DNA of 64,000 nucleotides, from contig QPGO01000270.1 of assembly GCA_008632985.1 (NCBI GenBank), positions 1-64,000 on the forward strand. Reading direction: 5' to 3'. Position numbers and translations under genes: made by a program. The stretch is from Psammoneis japonica (Eukaryota). Shown piece by piece: positions 12,962-25,227 of this stretch; position 1 is the first letter of the stretch; each line of letters starts with the position of its first letter. The notes below the pieces were generated by a model. That model made no database searches and was not told where the DNA came from. It was given only the letters and a program-made list of their open reading frames with translations.

Positions 12962-14950
12962 GACAAGACATCTGGCAATTTTGGAGCTGTTGAGAGATGC
13001 CGTGCTGCACGGTCTTGTTCTCAATGCAAGCAAGTTCAGCAACATTTGATGCTGCTGTGTCAACACATTTCAATGCATCAAACTCAATCTCTTGACCCAA
13101 ACATTCAATTTTCTGAGGTCCAACCAAATCAACAGCAACTTCACACCATCACAGCAGAGATGACATTTTGCATTCAGGCAAGCCCCCACAGCAGCAAGGG
13201 CCCACCAAAGCTTTCAAATGCTGACAACCAGCATGTGAAAAGTCTTGACAATGTCATTGCAATGCAGGATTTCAAAACATGTGCTGACAGCAGAGAGCTC
13301 AGTCAATGCACTGGGCATGTCCCAAAAGTGCAATGGCGCCACTGCATGATGTTAGACAACAAATCAGCACGGGAATGCAAATCTTCCACAGGGTTGGCGG
13401 ATCACCCAGTCAATGACAAAAGCAAATCACAGGGGTTGCTGATTCACACATTTGACAATGAAATGATCCATGCACTGCCTTTGCATGTTTTGCAGTTCCC
13501 TGTCAACAATTTGATGTGCTCTTTGAGTTGCTGAGTGTTTGCATGTGACTTGCTGACTGGCGTCCTGTCAAGAGCTGGGCAGTTTGGGAGAGTTTCAAAC
13601 ATGTCTCAGGATTGTTGACAAAAGAAGGTCAGAAGTTGGGGGGTTCTTCATGTTGACATGAAAAACAAGATGCAGCACTTGGCTTGTCAAGTTCATGGTG
13701 TCCTTTTTGTGTGCTGGCGGTGCTCTCACATTGACCACCTTGAAGTTTGTTGGCTTGCCTTTGTTTGGAGGAGCACACTGTCCTTCCACAGGGAGAAAAA
13801 CTCAATCCAGCACATGCAGTTGAGAAAAGCAGTCAGCAAGTGCACCATCCACACTCTGAGGTTGGAGCAAAATTTTCCAAAAAATGGTTGTTGCCTTCTG
13901 AGTGCACATTGCACAACAATGGTCAACAGCTCCCTTTCAGCAGTCAAGCAGCTCTGCTGCCCAGCACTGAGTTTGTGTGTGAGGCTGCCAGGCAGTTGGC
14001 TTTCCCTCTTGTTGCATCATTGCTGCACCCATCAGGCTTGTTGTGTGATTGGGACAGGTCAAAAAGATGTCATTCAACATCAGATTCTTCACCTTGTCAA
14101 AAGCCCTTTGACACTTGGGTGTCCACTCCAGCTTCCTCTTACCTGCCATCTTTCTGAGGGGAGCAAGAACATGAGTTGTGCATGTCCACACATTGTGGCA
14201 ACAAGTTGTTGCACTGGCAAACAACTGCAAATGCATCATGATGATCTGAGGCCGCAGCTGCACTCACAGCACAGCTTCCACTTGTTTCTTTCACAGCATG
14301 ACTCCCATTGAGCTGGCCACATGAACAAGTTTCAGAAGGCATGAGAAGAACAGAATCTCAGCCCATGCAATGGCATTGACTTTAGACCCTTTTTTGCCAT
14401 TTCAACAACACAAATGACTGGAGCACTTCCATCAGTCAATGCCATGGAAGAAATGTGCATGGCAACAGAAAAGAGCTTGCCCTTGGAGGCCAGTTGTGAG
14501 CCAAATGAGACTCTTGTTGTTGCTGATGGGCTGGTCTTCTTGTGCTGCATTGCAGCCTGTGACAAGCATTTTCATCATTGATGCTGATGACACAAAGTGC
14601 GCAAAATGCTGCAGTCCTCTTCATGTCATTCAATTTTCCACAAGGTCAAAAAAAGCAGGCTTTCATGGTCACTGAATGCCACAGCCATTTTGGCTGTCAG
14701 CTGGCTTGAGTTTTGTCCATTCATTTTGCTTGCAACTGGCCATTGACATGAGGGGACTGCATTTGGCAAAGGTGTCAAGCCCCAAGATGATGGGATTGAT
14801 TCAACAAAATCAAAGGTTGTGTGTGTTGTGCACCAAAATGAAAAAAACAAACAAACAAATGTGTTGGGAACAGACAGAGAGCACGCATCATGCCCACTCT
14901 GGCTGGCCACCAGCAGAGTGAGCCACGAACACAGCAAATGGCATTTTTCA
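12962..14950 (-). mobile_element. Ty3/Gypsy remnant, RT/RNase H/integrase N-terminal part, continuous with 5143-5903
   Basis: HVLAPLRKMAGKRKLEWTPKCQRAFDKVK; TAERELLTIV; NVAELACIENKT...SCHP leads toward the HDNG motif across the Copia insertion; upstream limit approximate. Confidence 0.75.
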
Positions 14951-15188
14951 GCAGGTGAGTTGGCAGATGGATGCAGTCAGGAATTCTCAACTCAATGAAT
15001 CAAAGGAGGTTGGTGAGACAAATTCGGAGAAAGGTGGTGCTGAAGATGATGATGCTGGCAGAGTCACAACAAATCACAGGCAAAACAACCAGTTTGGTGA
15101 GAGGGGGGAAACAGCAAAAGAAGTGAGTGGGTTGGCTGGCTCCCAAACAACAGTTGGTTCCAACAGCATCAGCGTGTGCTGAATCTTT

Positions 15189-15550
15189 TCAAGGGAAACT
15201 TGTTGTCTCCCAATCCATCACTGGAATCAGCAACAGTTGCTTCAGCACAATCGCTTTGGAGTCTCTGTGTGGCAGGCCACTGGGCTGCAAGCAAATCCAG
15301 TGCAAGCAGCCCAGTCTTCTCTGGGGAGACTTGTTGTCACCCAATCCAAGCCCAGGAATCAGCAACAGATTTTCTGGCACAGTTGCTTTGGAGCCTCTGC
15401 ATGGCAAGCCACCAGATTGCAAGCAAATTCAGTGCAAGCAGCCCAGTTTTTTCAAGGGAGACTTGTTGTCACCCAATCCAAGACCTGGTGTTAGCTGCAG
15501 TTGTTCCAACACAGTTGCTTTGGAGCCTCTGCATGGGCCACCAGACTGCA
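15189..15550. repeat. Tandem repeat, ~130-bp unit x ~2.8
   Basis: 'acttgttgtc.cccaatcca' at ~15199, 15329 and 15461. Confidence 0.85.
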
Positions 15551-16995
15551 ATGCTGCAGCAGTCCTGAGCTTGATGTTGCCTGACAATGGGCCCACATGT
15601 TGTGCACTTGTGATGCAGACATGCTCAAGGACATCCTCCATGAGTTGAGTTGATGGTTGCATCACACAGCGGCCATGGTGAAGCACGCACCTCTGAGGAG
15701 CTTTCCACCTGGACATGGCAAAGCATGGCATCACCCAGGCGGGACTTGCCAACATGCTGGAGCATCATTGGCAAGGTTGATGGAAAGACACAAAGTGACC
15801 CATGACAGCTGTGATTCCAGCACCTGCTTTCATCAAGTTCAAGCTGCCAGTGTTCGGGACTCCACTGTTGCAACACACACACCACAGAAGCAATGAAAAA
15901 AGAAGACCAGCAATTGCGCTGGTGAGCACAGCCAGAGAAACAAAGCTGGCTGAATTTGCAAGAACAACCCAGAGGACAATTGGCAGGCCAAAGAGATCAC
16001 AAACTGTCCAGTGGCGGCACAGGGCATGACATGGTGGCCAAACACACATTTGAGCCCAGCGCTTGCTTGTTTGAAGGGAAGAGGAGGGTCAATGAACAGC
16101 CCTCTCAGGTGGAAGGGAGCACTGTCAATGCACCATCTTAAGAAACACAAGGACGCCAAGATGTGCACCCTTCAATGGCTGCACCCAGATGTCGATCCTG
16201 GCTGTCATCAAACAATTGAATGGTCTGCAAAGCACCCCAGCTGCTTGTGCAACAACTGTCTTTAACTTGTGCCACTGGCAAAAAACATTGCAGCAAATAA
16301 AGCTGACAAGACTATGACAAAGCAGCCAAAAGTTTGGTGTTCTTTGTGCGGAGCCGCTTTGAAAGGCGGCAGCGGGCACCTTCTGCTCTGCTTTTTTTTC
16401 CGAACAAGCAGCTGACAGGAAAACTGGGCTGACTTTGGGCTGGAGCAACTTTTGACCAGGGTTGTCAACAAAAGCTTTGTGTCAAATGCCACACTCGTGC
16501 AGTGGCATGTTGTCACAAGTTGCACCACATCTGTCTGCTGGATGCAAGCAGAGCATCATGGTGTCCCGTGCTTTTTTTGCAAGATTTTGCACTGTGCTTT
16601 TCACTTTCTGGGAGATCTGGTGCTTTTGCCTCTTACAATTTAAAACGGAAAAGTCACACATCACCCATGAGGCGGATGGCATGGCCACAGCTGGGATCCC
16701 GGAGATGACCAGTGGATTTTGACTGCCTTGGCGAAGCGAAGCGTCTGAGGCAAGCCGAGTCGAATGACTCAATCCTCGTTTGAAATGCTGGAGGGATGGA
16801 AAATGACCCTTTTCTAGTCATTTTGGCATTTGCAACGAAATGACCGTCACCGTGGTCATTTTATTGACATTTCATTCTTCCCTCCACAAGAAAAGCCCAC
16901 AAGCTTGAGCTATCTATCACACTTCCTTTCTTTCGTTGTCGTCTTTCGAACGAATACTCTCAGAACCTCGTCTTTAGAGCCTCATCATAATATAG

Positions 16996-18918
16996 ATGCG
17001 AAAAGCAATGGCTGTAAAGTGTGCGGCAAGTTCAAGATCGCGCTGGGTCGCCCTGGTCCTGTTGACTCTTTTGTTTCAGGCATGTACGCGAATGCTCAAG
17101 TGGCACGAGCTCATCTTGAATGTTCGCTATTTTCACATTTTTCATCACGACGAAACCAGTGTGACTCAAGAATACAATGATACAGAGTACTGCGCTACAA
17201 AGGGCTCACTACATCAAATGTGCTTGGACATGATTGCTTATTCAAGTCCGCCCGGTTCGCCCTCTTTTACAAAGACATTACGTGTCTTGCACAGCGCAAC
17301 ACATTTCCAAATTGATTTAGGAGCAGCCTGGCTGTTTAATGACAATGAATCAAACATTGCAACAATGCTGAAAGGGTTCGGTCTGCACGCCATCAAAGAT
17401 CAGAACAAAAAGACGACGACTACTGACCCCTTTCTTCACGTCGAATCGGTCGTTTCAAAATCTATATGCGAGTCCCGTCAGGATTGCAGCCGTGTACCAA
17501 GGATTTTGGTTCAAACCGAGCAGCTCATTGAAAGAAAGGATGAGTTCCATGACAAACTCAAGTTGTGTCACGAGTCGGAGCTTTGCATTATTTGGGAGTT
17601 TTCGGATTTCAATTACCGCATTTTAAAAGACATCAAGCTTGCCGATTCGGTGGTGCTCATACCCATCATGATTCAGTCGAGGCTGGGAGACGCGGAAATA
17701 ATGCGTCCGCTTCAGAATCGATCTATAGACGTATCTTTCTTTGCGACAATGACGGAACGTCGGCAGCCTTTACGGGGTTTGATGAATGAAACCGGCTTGG
17801 AAACGCGGATTTCCCAAACGGACGATACGTCCGCCATGAAAAAGTCATATCAAGATTCCAAGGTTTGTTTAATCATGCACGCCTACAATGATCTTTCGTC
17901 GGGAGAGACGCATCGGCTTTCGGAGATGGGACGCTTTGGTTGCATTCCGGTTCTAGAAACGTGGGCGGATACCATGTTTGTTGAAAACTACAAGAGATGC
18001 GGCGACGTAGTATTCGCAGGAAAAGATGATATTTTGAATGCAAGTCGAGCCGCTGTCAAAAAAGTCAGTCACGAAGACCCCGAAGAGATGGATAAGTCAC
18101 TCCGAAAGCGAGTTGAATGGTGGCGTACTGGAATTGATTGGGCAAGGGTGTTGAACACAGCCTTTCGTGCAGCTCCAGGTCATACCAAGGCGCGGTCAAC
18201 GAAAGCCCCGTTTGTGACGTTTATCATTCCGACCAAGTTTAGAGATACATTGAATCAAACAATCGCATCTCTCACACGTCAAACCAGTAACAGTTGGGAG
18301 GCAATACTGGGAATCGACGTGCAAAACATTGATTCCGACCATGTACTCGAGTCCTTTGGATACGACCCAAGATTATCCTACATGTTGGTGGGCTCGGTCG
18401 GCACCAGTCGTGGTAAAAAGCTGAATGGTGCCGGTGAGATTCGAAACAAAATGGTAAGGAAAGCCAAGGGAGAATGGGTGGCCTTTTTGGATGATGATGA
18501 TACGGTCAGTCCACATTACGTCGAATGGCTACAAAACTCTGTATTAAGGGACGAACAGATTTTCAACAAAAAAGTCGATTTGGTCTTGTTTCGAATGAAA
18601 TGTGTTCGAAGCACTACCGACATTGACATTTTACCACCTTGGCAGCACAGAAATCGTGCTAAACTCGATTGGGTGGGGATTAGCTTTGCCGTTCGAAAGC
18701 GTTTATTTACGTCCAAGAAATTGGCGTTTGAAACAAGCAATGCCGAAGACTACGATTTCTTAAAAGCCGCCTATCAGAAGCAACAAAAGGGCATTATCCA
18801 ACGCGTTAAAATCGCCGACTGCGTTGCTTATTTTGTCAAGGAAAACCCACCACCGTCGTTGGAACAGATACGCTATCAACCTGAATTCTGCAATTTGACG
18901 GACCTAATTGTTGAGTAA
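16996..18918 (+). CDS. Glycosyltransferase with C-terminal GT2 (GT-A) domain and N-terminal second GT-like domain
   Basis: N-terminal hydrophobic anchor; VTFIIPT...TIASL...GAGEIRN...GEWVAFLDDDD...AEDYDF; intact 640-aa ORF with normal TA content. Confidence 0.8.
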   Translation: MRKAMAVKCAASSRSRWVALVLLTLLFQACTRMLKWHELILNVRYFHIFHHDETSVTQEYNDTEYCATKGSLHQMCLDMIAYSSPPGSPSFTKTLRVLHSATHFQIDLGAAWLFNDNESNIATMLKGFGLHAIKDQNKKTTTTDPFLHVESVVSKSICESRQDCSRVPRILVQTEQLIERKDEFHDKLKLCHESELCIIWEFSDFNYRILKDIKLADSVVLIPIMIQSRLGDAEIMRPLQNRSIDVSFFATMTERRQPLRGLMNETGLETRISQTDDTSAMKKSYQDSKVCLIMHAYNDLSSGETHRLSEMGRFGCIPVLETWADTMFVENYKRCGDVVFAGKDDILNASRAAVKKVSHEDPEEMDKSLRKRVEWWRTGIDWARVLNTAFRAAPGHTKARSTKAPFVTFIIPTKFRDTLNQTIASLTRQTSNSWEAILGIDVQNIDSDHVLESFGYDPRLSYMLVGSVGTSRGKKLNGAGEIRNKMVRKAKGEWVAFLDDDDTVSPHYVEWLQNSVLRDEQIFNKKVDLVLFRMKCVRSTTDIDILPPWQHRNRAKLDWVGISFAVRKRLFTSKKLAFETSNAEDYDFLKAAYQKQQKGIIQRVKIADCVAYFVKENPPPSLEQIRYQPEFCNLTDLIVE

Positions 18919-19320
18919 CTCTTCCGTATACTACTAAAGGTAGAGTAACTTCATTGGGGAGGGTAACAATGTTATAGTCGTGCCATTGGCATATGCATTA
19001 GCCAACCTATTGCTGTCTTTGTGGGCTGCAACACTTGTTGTGTATCTGACAGTTAGCAACCTTGTTGAGGGTGGCATTGCTAGTACTTTTGCATACGCAA
19101 CAGAATATCACATGTCCCAACATTGAATAGTTTGAAACTAATGGTTCACTTGCTTTCTTCCTTAGTATAGAGGAATAAAGATCTCTATAGAGAGAGATCC
19201 ATATCTCGACTTCTCGGATCACGCGATCTAATAGCTACGGCATATATTCGTAGTATAGCATGCAAACGGAATAGATGATACATTATTTCGAAACGACAAA
19301 AATCAAGACACGTCTCGGGA

Positions 19321-19542
19321 TTGGCGGTACAGACTGGCAAGACTACTAGTGAAGTGTCCATTTCCACGTCGGTCCGGGAAGGGTTCATTTTTATTATTTT
19401 GAATTGCATTACCATTTTGGTGGTGGGCATCGGCTTTGGCAAGGGGCGCATCAACCCGTGCCATGGGTACATTGCGGTTGGATTGTGTGCAATCTATCTT
19501 GGAACTTCGATTACTCTGCATTACACGACAAATTCGGACTGA
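19321..19542 (+). pseudogene. Possible C-terminal fragment of a Ca2+/cation exchanger-like membrane protein
   Basis: Two TM-like helices FIFIILNCITILVVGIGFGKGRI...GYIAVGLCAIYL; no upstream part seen. Confidence 0.3.
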
Positions 19543-19969
19543 TCGAAACAAACTGCTATCAATATACATATGATTTAAAAAATGACAGCATTTTTGCGCA
19601 TAGTTTTGGCTCTTTGTTGCAAACTTGAAATGATAAAGAAAATAATGTACATCGGGTGCTAGCGGTGGAGATAACATCAAAACCCATCTGCATGGAGAAA
19701 TAAACATTGGCATTGTGGCCAACTTCTCAGGAAACAAGCCATCATGTTGGTGTTGCGATGTGTTACTTGACTCCTCTTTCATTTTCCTTCGATGCTGCTT
19801 TTGTAATGCTGCAAGTCAATTGCAAGTTACAAGAGCCGTTCTGATCGTTTCAGATTAGTTCCACAGTCCAAAGAGTCCTGTCCACACTTCAGGAAAAGTA
19901 CTTCTGCGCTGCTCGGAGCGTTTCAGCTTGCATCGACTGCTTCACGAAGGCAAAAATTATCTGGTATTT

Positions 19970-20657
19970 CTAATGCAGAAACTCAGAAAGCCACTTGAAT
20001 CCATCAGCGTAACCCGCTTTTCGGATGACCGAACACATGAACAACTTCATTGGGCCACTTCCAATCCCGCTGTGTTGGATCCTTCTTGCCCAGAGACCAT
20101 GACGTTGTCTAATCCCAGAGCATATTTCACTTCTTCCTCACTTGCAGCATTAGGCATATCAATCTTGTTTCCAAGAACCAAAAATGGAACATCTTGTAAT
20201 TCTTCACTTTTCAAAAGCGCATCTAGTTCTTTCTTTGCCTCGGCGAAACGACTTCTGTCCATTGCGTCCACAACATAGACAACACCATCGACCGTCGTAA
20301 AGTAATCGGCCCACAATCTTCGAGCTGTTTCGTGCCCTCCCAAATCAAAAGTTTTCATTCGAACGTTCCTAATGATCAATGGTGGTGCGCCGGGATGCAA
20401 AGTTGGTGCATTGTCTTTCTCCATCTCTTCTTTTAGTGCGTGAATGAGAGTTGTTTTGCCGGCATGATCAAGGCCCAAAATAAGTATACTGGCGTTCTTG
20501 TAGTAGAGAGAACCTAGTTGGAAACGACAAAATGAGACCGAGTTCAGTGTCTTCGTAAAAGGCTCCACAATCCATGAGCATGATTATCTACTTTGCTTCT
20601 TACGTACTCACCCAGACTTCCCGATGAGCCATGCCACCAATTTAGAAGGAATTTCAT
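19970..20657 (-). CDS. SAR1: Sar1 small GTPase (divergent); intron 20514-20611; apparent 1-bp frameshift near 20068
   Basis: MKFLLNWW exon 1; [40 protein letters not shown]-terminus [23 protein letters not shown] in the shifted frame. Confidence 0.88.
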
Positions 20658-20878
20658 TGCAGTAAGTAGATTCTTGTTTTTTCGACTTATGCTGCCTATG
20701 AGGGATCATTTATCAAGCCCGTAGATTCCGGTAGCTTCTCATCTTTAACGTTTTAGCTGTAGCAATGAAGTTGCCGGTTGCCGCAGAGTCGGCAATCGAC
20801 CATCAGCTATGACACCGGTACGCAGGCAGTTCTCTATAACATGTAGGATTTATACTGGAACTTGTGTAGAATTTGATT

Positions 20879-20998
20879 AGGACGCAATTCCATTTTGACA
20901 AGGACAAGTGGAAGTCAACGACGAGGAATCCTCTTGACAAGGACGCAATTCCATTTTGATGAGGACAAGTAGAAGTCAATGACGAGGAATCCTCTTGA
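20879..20998. repeat. 61-bp tandem duplication
   Basis: aggacgcaattccattttga... at 20879 and 20940. Confidence 0.9.
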
Positions 20999-21849
20999 TT
21001 CTCTCCACTCAACGAGCAACGAGCCACGATGAGAAACCAATGCAGTAAAAACAACACATCATCAACATTGACTTTGACGATGACGCGGTCAGAAGAAGAT
21101 GCCAACCCTTCTGCGCCACAGCCTCCAACGCTGCAGCAAGTCACCGAGCAACAGCTGACAAATCCACAAGTGACAGCACCACAACAAATGATGGTGGCAA
21201 ATCCACATGTAAAGAGAGAGGCACAACGGAGGATGAGTTGACCATCATTCAAGACCTTGGAAGACATCGAGAGAGTCATGCCTGAGGAGCAAGCTGAGAA
21301 CTCTTTTGTCCAGAATGAAGAATGCCGTGCGATTCATTGCCAATGTCAGGTGTCATGGAAAGTGCACCTCAACTTCATCAGACACATCAAAAAAGGGTGC
21401 GTCAGCAACAAACCTGGCTTTGACTGCCACTGCATCCGAACCAAACCAACTGGTGTGGAAAGACAACTTCACACATTGTCTGGAGCAGAAGCCAGAAGTG
21501 GCCAGCATGGATGACAAGGCAGAGGGGGTCAGTTTGGGACTCGTGACATGCAGCAATCTTATGTTGAGATGCACCAAAATCCCAAAAAGAGTCAAACAAT
21601 GAGTGACAAGAGTGAGCTTTGTCTGGAAAAGGCCAATGGGATGCGCACTGTGATGAAAAAGCTCCATCATCTCCCCACCTCTCACTCGGCTTGTGGCATT
21701 TGGAGCAGCAACAAGAAAGAAAGCATCAATGTGCACAAGCATTGAAACATTGAAGATGGTGCTGGTGCTCAACAAAAAGCACTGACATTGAACAATGGCG
21801 CTGCCATGCTTCACTTGTGGCAATGTGATTTTGTCTCAAATGTTTGGTT

Positions 21850-22860
21850 GACTTTCGGCCGGGGATGCCAAACGCGATTGTTGTCATCATTGCAAGCACT
21901 GTGAACCCACACCCATTGCAAGTGTGTGTCACTCAAGATCTCAATGGCTCTGCATCCAAAATGCATGGCATCCCAAGCAGCAACCCATTCTTCTCCAGCT
22001 TGACATTCAGAGGGAGCCTTGGCTGCTTGGCCACCATCGCCCACCATGATGTGAGTGGGTCCCCTGGAATTCAACCCATCATTTACAACTGGGTGCATTT
22101 GAAAATGGGTGTGAACATGGCACAAGAGAATGACATTGACAAAGCTTCCAAGTGCTCCTTGGCTTTGAGCAGCTGAACATCTTTGTGGTGAACATGACAA
22201 GCATTGTGCATGGGAACGTGCATGGTCACAAAAAGAGCCACGGCATCAAGGTTCAGTTGACCAACCCAAGTTCCAACACCAGCCACTTGTGTTGATTAGA
22301 TCTGGGATTGAAGTTGGCACAAAAGTTGACGACAACATTGTGAGTTGGTCCACATGGACAAAGAAGCAAAAGGAGTTGCCAAAGTTGCACTCAAGTGGGC
22401 ATGGAATTGAATCCAAGCTCAATGCTGGAAATCAGTGGGGTCTGAAAACTTGCACAGCTTTGTTTCTGGTGCTTTAATCTTGGGCATGTAAAACCTGTTT
22501 TGGGTTGGACTGAATGGGGTTCATGATCCAGACAAGCTGGTTTGTCAAAACAAAAAGGTGCTGCAGCTTACATCCATGAACACATTGCTGTTTCGTCTCA
22601 CTTCAATGTCATGGTTGCCAGCTGCAATCTGCATTGGCGCTCTAAAAATGCCGGGAAAGTCTCCATGGCATCAAACCATTCATCCCAACTTTCTGGCCTT
22701 GACCTTGGACAGGCAATGTCACCAGCAAAAAGAGCTGCACCAGTCTCATCTTGCTGGCCAGATGGAGTCGCCATTGTGTCCTTGCCTCATTGTTGGTGAC
22801 CCAAGTCACCAAGAAATGCCAGTTTGAGAATGCCCTTGATGAGGCATGTTGAATCTGCTC
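21850..22860 (-). pseudogene. Purple acid phosphatase pseudogene (hypermutated)
   Basis: LAFLGDLG, FAGDIAC (GDIAY), WDEWFD, CNFGNSFC, CHVHTH (GHVHAY), GPTHIMVGDGG; stops and frameshifts. Confidence 0.75.
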
Positions 22861-24153
22861 TTTGTTGTGTCCCTGCGGCAGGCAAGAGGCGCACGACGTG
22901 TTCTAGCCAAACGTGACCCAAGTCATGCACAAAAACAACATTTGCGTGATTTTTGTGCAGTCTCTCACTTGCGAACAAGCTTTCACCACCAAAAGCATGG
23001 ATTTGTCCAAAATTGAATGTTTTGCAACACTGACAAGACTTGCGTCAGTGTTGCAACATCATTGTTTTTGTGCTGTCCATGTTTTTCATTGCGACAGACA
23101 AGCTGCAATGCAACAAACAAGCTGCAACACAACGGATGATTTTTGGCAAAAACATTGCCATCACTTGAATGTCAAATTGAACAATTTTTCTGCAAGAGCT
23201 TCTGGCAGGTGTTCTGCTCCCACAACCAAAAATCTGCATCCAATGTGCTGTCATGCAATCAGCATTGAGTGCACAGAGGGAGTTTGTGACACACATCCCA
23301 TGAGGATTTGAATGCCAACAAAAAAATCATTCAGATGTTCATGCTCTGGACACTTGCAAAAGCCCATCCGCCTGAGTGTTTTGCACACAAATGCTGCATG
23401 CATGAGAGATGTGCAATTTATGTTCAAAATGGGTTGTCATTTTGTGTGTCACCTGGGACTGGAACACGTGTTGCATGTGTGCTTTGACCTTGCTGCCCTC
23501 TCTCTCCCCCCTCCTCCTTTTCCTCTTCCTTTTTTCATGAACTTAGAGCTGCCTGCGTGACCGGACATGTGCCGCAGAGTCAGCGCGGTTGCAGAGTGTG
23601 TTTGTTTTTGAAGGTGGTCACGAGTGACTTGCCCCCAATTCAGTCACGAGTCATGTCACACAGATTTGCTTTGGAGTGCACATTTGATTTCTGAGATGAT
23701 TGTGATTCTTCCTTTGTTCTTGATGTTTCTCCTTGCTGGGTTCTTCCCTGCCAAATGAAATTTGCCAGCATCACTGGCTCACGAGCCATCCAACAGCAGA
23801 CACAATGAGTGGGAACCTTCTTTTGTTGCAAACTTGGAAAATGTTGCTGGACCACATGGTTTCCAAGGCGTTCGATGAGTCGCCAATCATTGAGGACATT
23901 CAAACAGACATCTTCAAGCACTGTGTTCTCCTTCTTTTTTGCTGTTGCACCCAGCCTTGGCATCACATGATTTGAAGTTGGTTTGTTGTCAACTGAGACA
24001 GGATTAATTCTGGGAAGAGACAACAAGAGTTCCTGGGCAGAGGAGTGGGCGTTGGGATCTGGCAGGGGCTGCCAAAGCCATTGCCCATGATGTGTGCATG
24101 CAGGCAGGCAGATTGGCACTGCAAGACATTGACAAAGACCTTTTTGAGCAGTG

Positions 24154-24549
24154 GGCATGTTCCAGCTCTGGGTGGGACCTCATGCTGCTGGACTGTGACA
24201 ATTGTTTTTTGTCATCCATTGCATGTTTTGCACGTGCATGTTTCCACGTCTTCCATTGTAAAAAATGCTCCACACTGCCTGTTTTGCAAAGCCAAAGGCT
24301 TTCTGTTTTCTGCATTTGTGACAATGAAAATGCACTGGGCACATGTTCTTGAATGTCTGAAGAACACACCCGGCCATGCTGTCAACAATGTGCTTCAAGT
24401 GTGGAGGAGGAGATGCGTTCGCAAAATTGCCTCTTTTTCTGTTGGCGATCATCCATGCTTTCATTGCTCAACAATTTTGGCATGGAGCACTCACGCAGAA
24501 TTCTGCAGCCCAATGTCACAAAAAGTCCCACCTGGGGCTGGAACCTGTC
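24154..24549 (+). mobile_element. MITE, older diverged subfamily
   Basis: Degenerate TIRs ggcatgttccag...ctggaacctgtc; 4-bp TSD AGTG on both sides. Confidence 0.8.
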
Positions 24550-25227
24550 AGTGCCTCACCACCAAAGACATGCCTGACCCCACATTGCTGGTCAGGGCAA
24601 GTGGAGAGAAAATGGTGCCTGATGTTCTTGTTTTTGTGTGCAATCGGGCATTGACTGCAAACAATTTTTGCACTGAAAAAAAACAAAGACTGCAAATGTC
24701 CTCATTCAAATGCCATGGCAGCTCCAGGACAAACAAGGAGATGACACCCTTTGATGTGAGCAGACTGTTTTTGGGGGCAATCAGAAGATGAATTTTTCAG
24801 AATTTTCTTTGCATTGAGGCATGAAAAAGAATGGATGTCATCTTTCTTGGCATTTTTCTCAGTTTCTGGCCATTTCAAAACAGCTGTTGGTGAGAGAGAC
24901 CATGGTGCATCACAGTTGGCTGGTGCAAAAAGATTGACAACAACCAGCTGTCCATTGAGATCCATCATGGTGCAACAATGTCTCATCCATGCTTTTGAAA
25001 ATCAACAAAATTGAGCGGGGGCATGTGTGCTGTCTCAAAAGGGGTGCTCAAAACAACTCTGCTCTGGCTGTTTTTGTGTTGCTGTTTGTTGCAACAGACC
25101 ACCAACACTCACTTTGCAGTCAACAGATGGCTGTGACAATGCTCCATCCAGCCACTTTGTTTCTCAAATGGCTTTGACAAGCTTTTTGCAATTTTGCAAT
25201 TTGTCACTTCAACAAATGCTCCAAGGT

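Noticed and set aside
21029..21750. Possible transposase fragment
   Set aside because: Fragmented ORFs with no diagnostic motif or termini.
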